A stretch of DNA of 64,000 nt from an uncultured Chthonomonadaceae bacterium (GTDB taxonomy: Bacteria > Armatimonadota > Chthonomonadetes > Chthonomonadales > Chthonomonadaceae): NCBI GenBank assembly GCA_963835065.1, contig CAWIEK010000050.1, forward strand, positions 65,842 to 129,841, written 5' to 3'. Made by a program: the position numbers and the translations under genes. Shown one piece after another: positions 19,244 through 29,195 of this stretch (the first letter of the stretch is position 1; each line of letters begins with the position of its first letter). Below the pieces are notes generated by a model, which saw only the letters and a list, made by a program, of their open reading frames with translations, was not told where the DNA came from and searched no databases.

Positions 19244-20578
19244 ATGGCGAATAGTTGCATACTTTCTGGCGCTTGCCGAGAAACCGGGAAACGAAAGACC
19301 GCCGTGATTTTGCCTTACAGTGACAATTTGACCCTGCGCCGCCCGCTTGCCACGCTGGGATTGCTGGCGGCAACCTTTGCGCTGTCGCTGTGGCTGCTGC
19401 TTTGCGGCTGGCAGGGAGGCGCAGGCGAGGCCGCGCCATTGCCCGCGCTTGTCGGCCTTGTTCCCGATCACTTCCGGTTCCTGAACCTGCTTACCTATCC
19501 CCTGTTCCATGACAGCCTGGGACATCTGCTTGTGAACGCCTTTTTCCTGTGGGTGTTCGGCGCGGGGATCGAGGCGGCGGTGGGCAGCCGACGCTTTCTG
19601 CTGCTGTACTTTTTGGGCGGGCTGGTGGGCGGGGCGCTGCAATGTATTGTCACCGCAACCCTCTTGCCGCCGGAGTATCAGGCGATCCCGATTGTGGGCG
19701 CGTCTGCGGCGTGCGCGGGACTGATCGGCCTGTACGCCGTACGCTACTACCGCGCTTCCATCAACTTTGTCGGCCTGCCGTTTCGCGCCCATGTGGTCGT
19801 GGTTGTCACGCTGTACCTGATTTTGGAAATCGGCGGCGGGCTGTGGAATCTGCTGGCAGGCAACAATGGGGATGGCGTGGCGCATTGGGCGCACATCGGC
19901 GGCTTTGTGTTCGGATTGGGCTGCGCGTATCTGCTCCGGCTGGTGGATCATGGCGAACGGGCGTACCTGTCGCTGGACGCTTTGCAGGCCATGAGCAAGA
20001 GCGTGCCCGGCGCGGCCATTAAGAAGTGGGAAACCCTGCTCATGCGCGCCCCCGGCAATATCGAAGCCCGCGTGGAACTGGCCCGCGCCTGGCTGATGCT
20101 GGGGGATAAGGAACACGCGCAGGGCAATTACGCGCTGGCCCTGGTTTCTTATCTGGAACAGCAGGGGAGCGTGGCGGCGGCCCTGCTGGTTGTGGAAATG
20201 CGCGAAGCCGAACTATCCGTTACCCATATCACGCCCGCGCAGCGACTTGGCATCGGGCTTGCCCTCGACGAAATGCAGCAGTACACTCAAGCCGCCGAAC
20301 TGCTGCAAAATCTGGGAATGGAACACAGCGAAGCGCCCGAAGCGGAAACCGCCCTGCTGAAAACCGCCCTGCTGTACGCGCAGCGCTTGAGTAGGCGTGA
20401 CGACGCCCTGATTTTCCTGCGCCTGTTCGTGGAGCGTTACCCCAACAGCCCGCAGCGCAAACAGGCCGAGGAATGGCAGCGCGCCGTCACGTCCCTTTCC
20501 GCAAGCCCGAAGCCGTTGCCTGTTTCAATTGAATCTTCTGTCCCGCCTGTGGATAACTCACAACTTCCAATAGATTGA
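19244..20578 (+). CDS. Rhomboid-family intramembrane serine protease with C-terminal TPR-like extension
   Basis: LLTYPLFHDSLGHLLVNAFFLWVFG, GASAACAGLIG (GxSx) and AHWAHIGGFVFG motifs. The C-terminal helical repeat region looks TPR-like. Confidence 0.8.
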   Translation: MANSCILSGACRETGKRKTAVILPYSDNLTLRRPLATLGLLAATFALSLWLLLCGWQGGAGEAAPLPALVGLVPDHFRFLNLLTYPLFHDSLGHLLVNAFFLWVFGAGIEAAVGSRRFLLLYFLGGLVGGALQCIVTATLLPPEYQAIPIVGASAACAGLIGLYAVRYYRASINFVGLPFRAHVVVVVTLYLILEIGGGLWNLLAGNNGDGVAHWAHIGGFVFGLGCAYLLRLVDHGERAYLSLDALQAMSKSVPGAAIKKWETLLMRAPGNIEARVELARAWLMLGDKEHAQGNYALALVSYLEQQGSVAAALLVVEMREAELSVTHITPAQRLGIGLALDEMQQYTQAAELLQNLGMEHSEAPEAETALLKTALLYAQRLSRRDDALIFLRLFVERYPNSPQRKQAEEWQRAVTSLSASPKPLPVSIESSVPPVDNSQLPID

Positions 20579-20590
20579 GGATAATAAGCT

Positions 20591-21886
20591 ATGCGCGTAA
20601 CAATGGATTATGGTAAAACCGGGCTGGCAGTGGAACTGCCCGACGCCAATGTAATCGGCGTTTTGGGATTGACGCCCGCGCCCGCCCTTGCCGATCCCGC
20701 CCGCGCCATTGAACAGGCGTTGCGGCAGCCGATTGGAACGCGCCCACTGGCCGAACTCGCACAGGGGCGCGACACGGCCTGCATCGTGATCTGCGATATT
20801 ACGCGCCCTGTGCCCAACAAAATCCTGCTGCCGCCCATGCTGCACACATTGGAACAGGCGGGGATTGCGCGCGATGCCATTACCATTTTAATCGCAACGG
20901 GTACGCACCGTCCGAATTGGGGCGCGGAACTGGAAACGCTTATCGGCGCGGATTTGGCGGCGCAATACCGCGTCGTCAATCACGCCTGCAAGGAATTGGA
21001 CACGCACCGCTATCTTGGCGAATCCCCGAACGGCGTTCCTATCTGGCTGGACAAAACCTATTGCGAGGCCGATTTGCGCCTGACCGTCGGACTGATTGAG
21101 CCGCATTTTATGGCGGGCTATTCGGGCGGGCGCAAATTGGTCATGCCCGGTGTTGCGGCAATGGAAACCACGCAAAACTGGCATTGTCCCCGTTTCCTTG
21201 AATCGCCGCTTGCCACGATGGGCGTTGTGGACGGCAACCCGGTTCACGAGGAAGCGCTGGCGATTGCCGGCGTTTTGCGCCCCGACATGATCGTGGACGT
21301 GACGCTGGACGAGGCCAACCAAATTACGGGCGTGTACGCGGGCGATCTGGAACAGGCGTGGAAGGCAGGGGTTGCGTTTGCCGCGCAGCACGTTCGCGCC
21401 CGCGCCCCGCAAGCCGCCGATGTGGTTGTGACTTCCTGCGCCGGATACCCACTTGATACGACGTTTTATCAGGCCGTGAAGGGCATGGTGGGCGCGTTGC
21501 CTGTCGTGAAACCCGGCGGAACCATTGTAATCGCGTCGCAATGCGCAGAAGGCGTAGGCAGTCCCGATTTTGCCAACGCCCTGCTTGCCGCTTCCGACCT
21601 GGAAGAATTTGTCGCGCACATTTCGCAGCCCGGCGTTTTTATCCCGGAAGAATGGGAAATCGAGGAACTCGCCCGCGCCGTTCGCCACGCCAACGTGATC
21701 TGTATCGCGGACGGCATTGCGGATGAAACCCTGTCGCAATGCTTCGTGACGCCCGCCGCTTCGGTAGAAGAGGGCGTTCGCATGGCTTTGGAACGGCACG
21801 GCGCGAATTCAACCCTGATCGCCATTCCGCGCGGTCCGTATGTGATTCCCTACCTCGATGCCGACGCCACAATTTCCACCGCGTAG
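20591..21886 (+). CDS. LarA-like protein (lactate racemase / DUF2088 family)
   Basis: 431-aa intact ORF with TACIVICDITRPVPNK...ILIATGTHRPN pattern typical of the LarA N-terminal domain. Confidence 0.8.
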   Translation: MRVTMDYGKTGLAVELPDANVIGVLGLTPAPALADPARAIEQALRQPIGTRPLAELAQGRDTACIVICDITRPVPNKILLPPMLHTLEQAGIARDAITILIATGTHRPNWGAELETLIGADLAAQYRVVNHACKELDTHRYLGESPNGVPIWLDKTYCEADLRLTVGLIEPHFMAGYSGGRKLVMPGVAAMETTQNWHCPRFLESPLATMGVVDGNPVHEEALAIAGVLRPDMIVDVTLDEANQITGVYAGDLEQAWKAGVAFAAQHVRARAPQAADVVVTSCAGYPLDTTFYQAVKGMVGALPVVKPGGTIVIASQCAEGVGSPDFANALLAASDLEEFVAHISQPGVFIPEEWEIEELARAVRHANVICIADGIADETLSQCFVTPAASVEEGVRMALERHGANSTLIAIPRGPYVIPYLDADATISTA

Positions 21887-22090
21887 ACCGCTGTAAACCT
21901 TTATCCTGCAGCCGACGCAGGCAATTTCTATACATCTGCCCTAATCCGGCAATCTACGGCTTGATTTTCCGTTGGGAACGTGCTATACTTGCGCGAAAGG
22001 GAAGTGGCAGTCTCCATTGTTGTTTATAAGGCGCAGCCAATCTTCCATTCTACTTCCGCCTTCGTACCTCCCGTGAGGAGAAGCATATTG

Positions 22091-22453
22091 ATGGTCAGTC
22101 AGGGCAACAGTCAACTGGATCGTGGCATTGCGTTTAAGGTGGAAGGCCGCTACGAGGAGGCCGTCACCGAACTGCGCGAGTTTTTGGAGCAGGACCCCAA
22201 TTCCGGTGACGGGCATCATCAACTGGGGCTTGTCTACGGCTTCATCGGCCTGTTCGATGAATCCATTGAGGAACTCCAAAAGGCCGTACTGCTCACGCCC
22301 GCCCGCGTAGACCCGCGCGTGGATTTGGCGCTGACATTTTCCATGCTCGGCGAGTACGAGCAGGCCAAATCGGAGTTTGAGGAGGTATTGCGCCGCGACC
22401 CGACCAACAAGCGCGCGCTCGACAGCCTGCAATTCTTCTCCGATCCCGTGTAA
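22091..22453 (+). CDS. Small TPR-repeat protein
   Basis: ATG 22091 lies 10 nt after GAGGAG. TPR-like repeats (GRYEEAVTELREFLEQDPNS..., GEYEQAKSEFEEVLRRDPTN). Confidence 0.7.
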   Translation: MVSQGNSQLDRGIAFKVEGRYEEAVTELREFLEQDPNSGDGHHQLGLVYGFIGLFDESIEELQKAVLLTPARVDPRVDLALTFSMLGEYEQAKSEFEEVLRRDPTNKRALDSLQFFSDPV

Positions 22454-22536
22454 GTTTCAGCCGTTTTCAACACCTGGAACAAATCTGTCCGGCGGTAAAA
22501 TCTTTTCCCGTTTTAATCCTTCCCTGCGATAATCCT

Positions 22537-25254
22537 TTGCGAACCCGGACTTTTCACAATCTGCCGTTCTGGTTTCCGCCCCTGTTTTTTCTGCTGCTTG
22601 CCGCCTTGTTTTTGTGGCGTTCCACGTTTGCCGGCGATGTGTTTCTGCCCGCCAACCTGCTCGGACACATTGCGCCCTGGACTTCCGCCATTGCGCATGA
22701 CAACCTGCCGCCCTGGAATCCCCTGCGCTGGGACGGCATCGCGCAATTCTATCCCTGGCGCAATTTCGCGCATGATACTCTGCGCAACGGCGTGGTTCCC
22801 CTCTGGAACCCCTATCAATTCTGCGGTACGCCGTTCGTCGCCAACAGCCAATCCGCCGTTTTTTATCCGCCCAATCTCCTGTTTACCCTGCTGCCCACCG
22901 CCCGCGCGTTCGGCGTCAGCGCCCTGCTGCATCTCACGCTGTGCGGCTGGTTTACGTATCTGTTCCTCCGTCGCCTGGGCTGCGGCGAAGTCGGCGCGCT
23001 CCTTGCGGGCGTCGCCTACGCTTTCTCCAACTGGCAGGTACAATGGCTCCAACTGCCCACCTTCCTCGCCACCTCCTGCTGGTTCCCCCTGCTGCTGCGG
23101 CAAATCTACGCATTAGGGAACAGGGAGCAGGGAACAGGGAACAGGAGAAGGAAAGGAGAAGGGAACAGGGAACAGGGAACAGGGAACAGGGAAGGACCCC
23201 CAACCCTCAACCCTCAACCCTCAACTACTGTCCCCTGTTCCCTGTTCCCTGTTCCCTGCGTGACGGGCCTGATGCTGCTGGCCGGGCATTTGCAGATCGC
23301 GTTTTATGGGCTGCTGGCGGGGAGTTTGTGGGGAATAGCGTTGTTGGCGGCGCGGGCGCGGGAAGCAGGGGCGGCGTTTGCGTTGGGGCGGCTTGGGCTG
23401 CTGATGGGTGGGCTGGTTTTGGGCGTGATGCTGGCTTTGCCGCAGATACTTCCTGCGCTGGAGTTGTCGCGCATGTCGCACCGGGCGGGCAAGCCGACTG
23501 CGGCAGGCTACGCGCTGTATGCCGAATATGCTCTCCCGCCTGCCGATCTTGCTCTGCTCACGCTGCCCAATTTTTTCGGCAACGATTACGACCCCGGCAA
23601 TGGTTATTACGGCTTTTACGTGAAACGCGCCGGGGAAACGGATTTCGCCGTGCGCCACAATGCGGCGGAAACAGCGGTTTATGTCGGCATACTCCCCCTT
23701 CTGCTTGCGCTCTTCGCGGTGGCGCGAACTATAGCCAACCTGGAAGGCAAAAGCAAAGGCAGCAAAGGTGTTGCTGACCGGCGCGTATTGTTTTTTGCCA
23801 TTCTTGCCGTTTTTGCCTTGCTGCTTGCGTTGGGAACGCCCCTCAATGCTTTATTTTATTTTTTCGTTCCGGGTTTTGCGCAGTCCGGCTCCCCGGCGCG
23901 GTGTCTGGTTTTGTGGGCGTTGGCAATCGCTGTTCTTGCGGGCATGGGATTGGACAGCCTGCTGCGACAGCCGCCGACCAAGCGTGAAGCCGGAGTTGTT
24001 ATGGGCGCGTTCGGGTTTGTGTTCGCCATTGGCCTGAGTTCGGCTTCGCAGGCCCTCCGCGCCAATTTGCCCAACATGGACAAACTCAAAGTGCCTGTTC
24101 TTGGCGAAGTGCTTTCGCGTATTGGCGCGGATTGGGTACAGTTTCTCGTTTTCACGGCGGCGGGTGTCGCGCTGCTGTTATGGAAAGTAAAGCCAACGTC
24201 CGCTACTTCTAAGCCAACTGCCACTTCTAAGCCAACGTCCGCCACTTCTGACTCGGTTTCGTCCGCTTCTGACTCGCTTGCGCTGCCTGCGGAGTCGGTT
24301 GCACCCACTGCTGAGGCGGCTGCGTCCACTGCTGAACAGGAACCCGGCGCGGCAAGCGCGGCGGCTTTTTCCCTGCCTGCCCTTGCCTGTATCGCGCTTG
24401 TCATTGCCGATGTATTTCTTGTCGGTATCCGTATCAATCCTACCGCGCCTGCATCCGCCGTCTACCCCGTGACGTCCGGTATAAAGTTCGTGCAGGAAAC
24501 CATCGGGCATGACCACATTTTCACGGTCAACAAGTTTTGGAACCTGAATGTGCCGCCGCCCGCTGTTTTGCCGCCTAACGCCGCATTGGTGTACGGCCTG
24601 CGCGACGTGCAGGGTTATGATTCGCTGCTGACGGGGCAGTACAAAGCCTTTGCGGACCAGTTCGCCCGCCCGGATAGGAACGGCGACAAAAACGCCAGTC
24701 CTGTCGAAGTGGGTAACATGGTTTTCTTTCAAGACCCTACGTTTTCCGGTGTTCCCGCGCTTGGCGCGGCGTATGCCATTACCCTGCCGCCCTCGGCCCC
24801 CCTGTTTCACACCACCCTGACGCCGCCGACCAACGCGGCTTACGACGCCGACAACGAAATGGCCGTTTATCCCCTGCCGAACGCCATGCGCCGCGCCCGC
24901 CTGCTCGGAATGGATGGCCTGCCGCTTCCCGCGCCCGCTTCCGTTTCCTTCCAGCAGGATGATTCCACGCGAGTTACTTTGAACGTTTCCACTCCCGCGC
25001 CCGCAACGCTCGTCCTTGCCGACCAATACTATCCCGGCTGGCGCGTAACCATAGACGGCAAACCCGCCAATCTGCAACGCTCCCCGGAAAACGTTTTCCG
25101 CGCCGCAGCCGTTCCTGCGGGCGCGCATACCATTGCGTTCACGTACCAACCGGCCAGTTACCAAACCGGGCTGTTTCTGCAATGCCTCGCCTGCGCCCTG
25201 CTCGCCATCCCCGGCGGCATAGCCCTGACACGTCCAAAACAAATCCGTTCCTAA
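22537..25254 (+). CDS. YfhO-like polytopic membrane protein (putative glycosyl-transfer / envelope biogenesis)
   Basis: 905-aa ORF with QFYPWRNFAHDTLRNGVVPLWNPYQFCGTPFVANSQSAVFYPPNLL, typical of the YfhO family, and many TM segments. TTG start is uncertain. Confidence 0.75.
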   Translation: MRTRTFHNLPFWFPPLFFLLLAALFLWRSTFAGDVFLPANLLGHIAPWTSAIAHDNLPPWNPLRWDGIAQFYPWRNFAHDTLRNGVVPLWNPYQFCGTPFVANSQSAVFYPPNLLFTLLPTARAFGVSALLHLTLCGWFTYLFLRRLGCGEVGALLAGVAYAFSNWQVQWLQLPTFLATSCWFPLLLRQIYALGNREQGTGNRRRKGEGNREQGTGNREGPPTLNPQPSTTVPCSLFPVPCVTGLMLLAGHLQIAFYGLLAGSLWGIALLAARAREAGAAFALGRLGLLMGGLVLGVMLALPQILPALELSRMSHRAGKPTAAGYALYAEYALPPADLALLTLPNFFGNDYDPGNGYYGFYVKRAGETDFAVRHNAAETAVYVGILPLLLALFAVARTIANLEGKSKGSKGVADRRVLFFAILAVFALLLALGTPLNALFYFFVPGFAQSGSPARCLVLWALAIAVLAGMGLDSLLRQPPTKREAGVVMGAFGFVFAIGLSSASQALRANLPNMDKLKVPVLGEVLSRIGADWVQFLVFTAAGVALLLWKVKPTSATSKPTATSKPTSATSDSVSSASDSLALPAESVAPTAEAAASTAEQEPGAASAAAFSLPALACIALVIADVFLVGIRINPTAPASAVYPVTSGIKFVQETIGHDHIFTVNKFWNLNVPPPAVLPPNAALVYGLRDVQGYDSLLTGQYKAFADQFARPDRNGDKNASPVEVGNMVFFQDPTFSGVPALGAAYAITLPPSAPLFHTTLTPPTNAAYDADNEMAVYPLPNAMRRARLLGMDGLPLPAPASVSFQQDDSTRVTLNVSTPAPATLVLADQYYPGWRVTIDGKPANLQRSPENVFRAAAVPAGAHTIAFTYQPASYQTGLFLQCLACALLAIPGGIALTRPKQIRS
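23116..23258. repeat. Heptamer cassette inside the YfhO-like CDS: (GGGAACA)n 23116-23145 and 23161-23191, (CAACCCT)n 23200-23224, (TGTTCCC)n 23235-23258
   Basis: Translated as [48 protein letters not shown]. Confidence 0.85.
24190..24282. repeat. In-frame 18-21-nt tandem repeats encoding a KPTSATS/DSVSSAS linker in the YfhO-like protein
   Basis: aagccaacgtccgctacttct aagccaactgccacttct aagccaacgtccgccacttct gactcggtttcgtccgcttct. Confidence 0.7.
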
Positions 25255-25292
25255 CCCGCTAAAACGCGCCCGAAACCCTCCTCATCTACCAG

Positions 25293-25329
25293 CCCAACAC
25301 CCGAACACCTGAACACCCAACACCGACCC
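25293..25329. repeat. Unpaired SAACACC-type heptamer array
   Basis: cccaacacccgaacacctgaacacccaacaccgaccc, directly after the YfhO-like gene. Confidence 0.75.
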
Positions 25330-25351
25330 AAAAATAATCCAAAAGTAGCCC

Positions 25352-25379
25352 TTGACATTTGCCGTATTTGCGATACAAT
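25352..25379 (+). promoter_or_regulatory. Near-consensus sigma70-type promoter (TTGACA-16 nt-TACAAT)
   Basis: -35 TTGACA 25352-25357, -10 TACAAT 25374-25379. Confidence 0.45.
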
Positions 25380-25555
25380 TTATACAACATGGTGAGAACG
25401 CAGGAACATTTCTGCGCCTAGCCACGTCCGCATCCTATATCCGCCCTTATCATCTCCCTGCTTTCTGACGATATAATTTTAGAAAGCGCCATGCGTTCTG
25501 CCGCGCATGTCTTGCACTACCGCTGTCCCATGATGGGCACAGCACTACTGCTCCC

Positions 25556-25583
25556 ATACGCGCCCGGCGCGTATCTATTTTTT
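25556..25583 (+). terminator. Intrinsic terminator/attenuator hairpin within the leader upstream of the 70-aa ORF
   Basis: Stem atacgcg / cgcgtat, loop cccgg, then ctatttttt. Confidence 0.45.
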
Positions 25584-25620
25584 GGCCCCTGGCGGCCGTT
25601 TTTGTTGGGAGTATCTTCAC

Positions 25621-25833
25621 ATGCAATCCTGTCGAACGTCCCTCGACGCGCTGAAAAAACTGCTGCGCGCGATGTCGGCTACCGATGCCGCCATGACCGC
25701 AGACCTGCAGCGCAAAATCAACGCGGACGCCGAAGCCTCCGGCGTTCCCCTGTCCGCATCCAGCACGTCTATGGCGCTGATGCAGCTTGGGCTGATTGAC
25801 GGCAGGGAAACCGGCAACGATATCAGCGTCTAA
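25621..25833 (+). CDS. Small hypothetical protein (70 aa)
   Basis: ATG 25621 lies 9 nt after GGGAG. Peptide MQSCRTSLDALKKLLRAMSATDAAMTADLQRKINADAEASG.... A strong terminator follows. Confidence 0.45.
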   Translation: MQSCRTSLDALKKLLRAMSATDAAMTADLQRKINADAEASGVPLSASSTSMALMQLGLIDGRETGNDISV

Positions 25834-25878
25834 ACCGCTAATTATCAACACCTCAACGCCCCTGCCGGAAGGAAAATA

Positions 25879-25927
25879 GCCTGCGCGCGTCGTACATGGT
25901 AACGACGCGCGCAGGCTTATTCTTTTT
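25879..25927 (+). terminator. Rho-independent terminator
   Basis: 15-bp stem gcctgcgcgcgtcgt / acgacgcgcgcaggc, 8-nt loop, then ttattcttttt. Confidence 0.7.
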
Positions 25928-25945
25928 AGCGGGGGGCAGTTTTCC

Positions 25946-27807
25946 ATGAACGATAATGACGCGGATGCACAATTCAATGTCATGCCGGACACGCAGACCA
26001 ACATCGCCCATGCGCGTCAACTCTCCTCACCAACTGACGCCTCTACTATATGCGCACACTGGCGCTTGCCTGTATGAGCGCAACATCGGCGCTGGCTGCA
26101 AGCGAGCGCCGACAAATTTCCCAACGCAAATTGGCTTACTTACTACGATGAAAATGGGCGCGCGGGAGCCTATTCCCACGAGCAGTTTGTCAAGATGCCG
26201 CAAGATTTCTGGCCGATTGGATGCAGAGGACGGAGATTAATCCGGTGTTCGGATCGCTACCCTGATGGTGAATGACCCGCGCGCGGTGCTTACTTACTTC
26301 GCCGCGTGGACACTGGGCGCAACTATCGTGCCCATCAATCCCGCCGAAGACGAAGAGCGTATTCGCTACATCCTCCACCATTCCCGCGCAAAGGCCTGCT
26401 CGTACCCGAAGAAAATCAGGAGAAATGGAGCCAATTGGCGCAGGCATCGCCCACATCCGAGAACACGAACGATCCATTTCCCCACAATCTGCCCGCTTTC
26501 TGCGGCTCTGTGCGACTATGACAGCGCGGAGGTTTCTACCCCTGTTGCCACGAGCCTCCTTACGCGACTTTCCCGATTTCCCCATCCCGAGGACGCCGAA
26601 TGTCTGATCGTATACACGTCGGGCACGACCGGGCCCGCCCAAAGGTGTTGTACTGGAACACGGCAATTTGATGCCCGATGCGTTTTCAATAGCCCACTGG
26701 ATGGGGTTCGACTATCCCAGTCAGCGTGTGTACCATGTGGACGGGGATACTTTTTCAATATCTCATGGAATGAGTGAAGCCCATCTTCCCATGAGACAGG
26801 CTTCGAACCCACAGACCGCGCCATGAACGTGCTTCCCCTTCATCATGTAAACGGTATTGTAGTTACACTGATGACGCCGCTCGTCAGTGGCGGCAGCGTC
26901 GTTGATCAATCGCAAGTTCAGCGCAGGTTCGTTCTGGAAAACGCTGGAAGCGGAACGCTGTACGTGGGTCAGCGTGGTTCCCACCATTCTCGCTTTTCTG
27001 ACGGAGCGCGGTGAGGATATTACGCAGTACGATTTGTCCCGCTTCAAGCGCATTTTGTGCGGCGCAGGCCCGCTTACCGTCGAAGTCGCCCGACGCTTCC
27101 ATGACAAATTCGGACTGCGTATCACGCACGGTTACGGCCTGAGCGAAACGACGTGCTATTCCTGCTTCCTGCCCGCAGAGCAAACGGACGCGGAATACAA
27201 CTACTGGATGCACGAGTGCGGCTTCCCCTCCATCGGCTGCCCCCTTCCCGTCAACGAAATGCAGATACACGACGCGAACGGCAATTCGCTGCCGCCCGAA
27301 ACACGGGGCGAAATCGTCATACGCGGCGTCAACGTTATGCGGTACTATTTTGGGCGTCCCGACGCGAACCGCGATGCCTTTGCGCATGGCTGGTTCCGGT
27401 CGGGCGATGAAGGCTTTTACCGCATGGGCGCGGACGGCCTGCCCTACTTCTTCATCACCGGACGCTTAAAAGAACTTATCATTCGAGGCGGTATCAACCT
27501 GTCGCCGTTCGACGTAGATGAAGTGTTGAATGCCATTCCCGGCGTCCGGGCGGCAATGGCGGTCGGCTTTGAAAACAACTTTTATGGCGAAGAAGTAGGC
27601 GCGTATGTGCAGCGCGAGGCAGGACATAGCGTTACCGAAGACGAAATCCTCCGCGCCTGCCGCGCCAAACTATCCTTCGCCAAATCGCCCAAAGTGGTCG
27701 TCTTCGGCGACACCTTTCCCGTCACGTCCACCGGCAAATACCAGCGCAATAAGCTGCGCCCGCTGTTTGCCGCGTGGAAAGATACGCAATTTAGAGAAAC
27801 GAAATAA
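25946..27807 (+). pseudogene. AMP-dependent synthetase/ligase (acyl-CoA synthetase family), N-terminal two thirds broken by several frame changes
   Basis: The C-terminal 306 aa are intact (26887..27807: GYGLSETT, GWFRSGDEG, GKYQRNKL). Upstream pieces (LTYYDENGRA.., VNDPRAVLTYFAAWTLGATIVPINP, YTSGTTG then PKGVVLEHGNL) lie in different frames. Confidence 0.65.
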
Positions 27808-27808
27808 A

Positions 27809-27898
27809 GGGTGTTGGGTGTTGGGTGTTAGGAATCGTTCCTGTTAGAAGCCAATGTTATGCTGCGGCATTGTCCCAACACCCAATACCCAACACCCC
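27809..27898. repeat. Heptamer hairpin: (GGGTGTT)n 27809-27832 / (CCCAACA-type)n 27874-27898, spacer ~41 nt; likely terminator
   Basis: Starts 2 nt after the synthetase stop; the arms are reverse complements. Confidence 0.8.
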
Positions 27899-27915
27899 AT
27901 TCATGGAGGCTTTTT

Positions 27916-29133
27916 GTGAAAATCACCGGCTACCGTACATTCGTCGTATCCACGCCCTGGCGCAATTTGACGTACCTGATTCTGGAAACGGAGGATGGGC
28001 TGACGGGCGTGGGGGAAGCGCGTATTTTGGGCAAGACCCATACCGTGCTGGAATATCTGAAGGACGCAAGGCGGCATTTCATCGGGCATGACGTGTACGA
28101 CATTGAAGCCCTGTACCGCCGCTTTACCCTGCTGGATTTCGGCTCACCCGGGGAAGTGGTCATGTCCGCGCTGGCTCTGGTGGAAATGGCAAGTTGGGAC
28201 ATCATCGGCAAGAAGGCCAATCTGCCCGTGTATAAACTCATCGGCGGCAGGGTGCATGACCGCATCCCCGCGTATGCGAACGGCTGGTACAAGGGCGAGC
28301 GAACCCCGGAAGCGTTTGCCGAAGCCGCGCAGAAAGTCGTCGAGCGGGGTTATTTGGGCTTGAAGTTCGATCCGTTCGGCAACGGCAATCTGGAACTGTC
28401 GCGCAAGGAGTTCCACAAGTCCATTGAACTCATCGAAGCGGTTCATTCCGTAACGGGCGACCATGTGCAGATATTTGTCGAAATGCACGGACGGTTCGCG
28501 CCGCATCAGGCCGTCGAGATTGCCCGCGCCATCGAACACCTTAACCCCGGCTGGATCGAGGAACCGTGCCGCCCGGAAGACGTGCCCGCCCTGCGCTACG
28601 TGATGGAGCATACGAGCATCCCGATTGCCACCGGGGAACGTCTGTACCACGCGCAGCAGTACCGCGACCTCTTGGGAAACCGCCTCGCGCACATCATACA
28701 GCCGGACTTGAACCAGTGCGGCGGATTACTGGAAACCAAGAAAATCTGCTCCACTGCCGAATCGTATTCCATCATGGCCGCGCCGCATAACGTCGGCGGC
28801 GTGATTACCACTGTCGCCACGCTGCACATGCTGTTCGGCCTGCGCAACGCCAAAATCCTGGAACACTTCAACGACTTCGCGGATTCGCAGATCAAGCAGG
28901 TGGCAAGCCCCTACCCGGAAGTCATTGCCGGCCACTTTGAACTGCCGCAGGGGCCGGGCTGGGGCGTCACGCTCAACGAGGAGTATCTGAACAGTTGTGA
29001 GCCGCGCAAGGAAGACGGCATCATCTGTGATCCCGGCCTGAACATGTTCGAGCGCGCCGAATGGAACCGCCGCGACACCCTTCTCGCCCTGGAACGCGAA
29101 GCGCGGCTTGAAGATGTGCCATCCAACCTGTGA
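27916..29133 (+). CDS. Mandelate racemase/muconate lactonizing enzyme family protein (sugar-acid dehydratase-like)
   Basis: GTG 27916 lies 6 nt after GGAGG. Peptide KITGYRTFVVSTPWRNLTYLILETEDGLTGVGEA with an enolase-superfamily barrel (FVEMHGRF, WIEEP, ATGERL, IIQPD). Confidence 0.85.
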   Translation: MKITGYRTFVVSTPWRNLTYLILETEDGLTGVGEARILGKTHTVLEYLKDARRHFIGHDVYDIEALYRRFTLLDFGSPGEVVMSALALVEMASWDIIGKKANLPVYKLIGGRVHDRIPAYANGWYKGERTPEAFAEAAQKVVERGYLGLKFDPFGNGNLELSRKEFHKSIELIEAVHSVTGDHVQIFVEMHGRFAPHQAVEIARAIEHLNPGWIEEPCRPEDVPALRYVMEHTSIPIATGERLYHAQQYRDLLGNRLAHIIQPDLNQCGGLLETKKICSTAESYSIMAAPHNVGGVITTVATLHMLFGLRNAKILEHFNDFADSQIKQVASPYPEVIAGHFELPQGPGWGVTLNEEYLNSCEPRKEDGIICDPGLNMFERAEWNRRDTLLALEREARLEDVPSNL

Positions 29134-29195
29134 CGAACAGCCCGTTTGCGCGTATTTCCGGCAGAACTGACCGCGCACCGAGAAGCAAAAGTACC

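Noticed and set aside
29130-29195. GTG at 29130 overlapping the upstream stop as the start of HEAT paralog 1
   Set aside because: The extra 22 residues (MTNSPFARISGRTDRAPRSKST) have no counterpart in paralog 2. ATG 29196 aligns better with the paralog's N-terminal region. The start remains uncertain.
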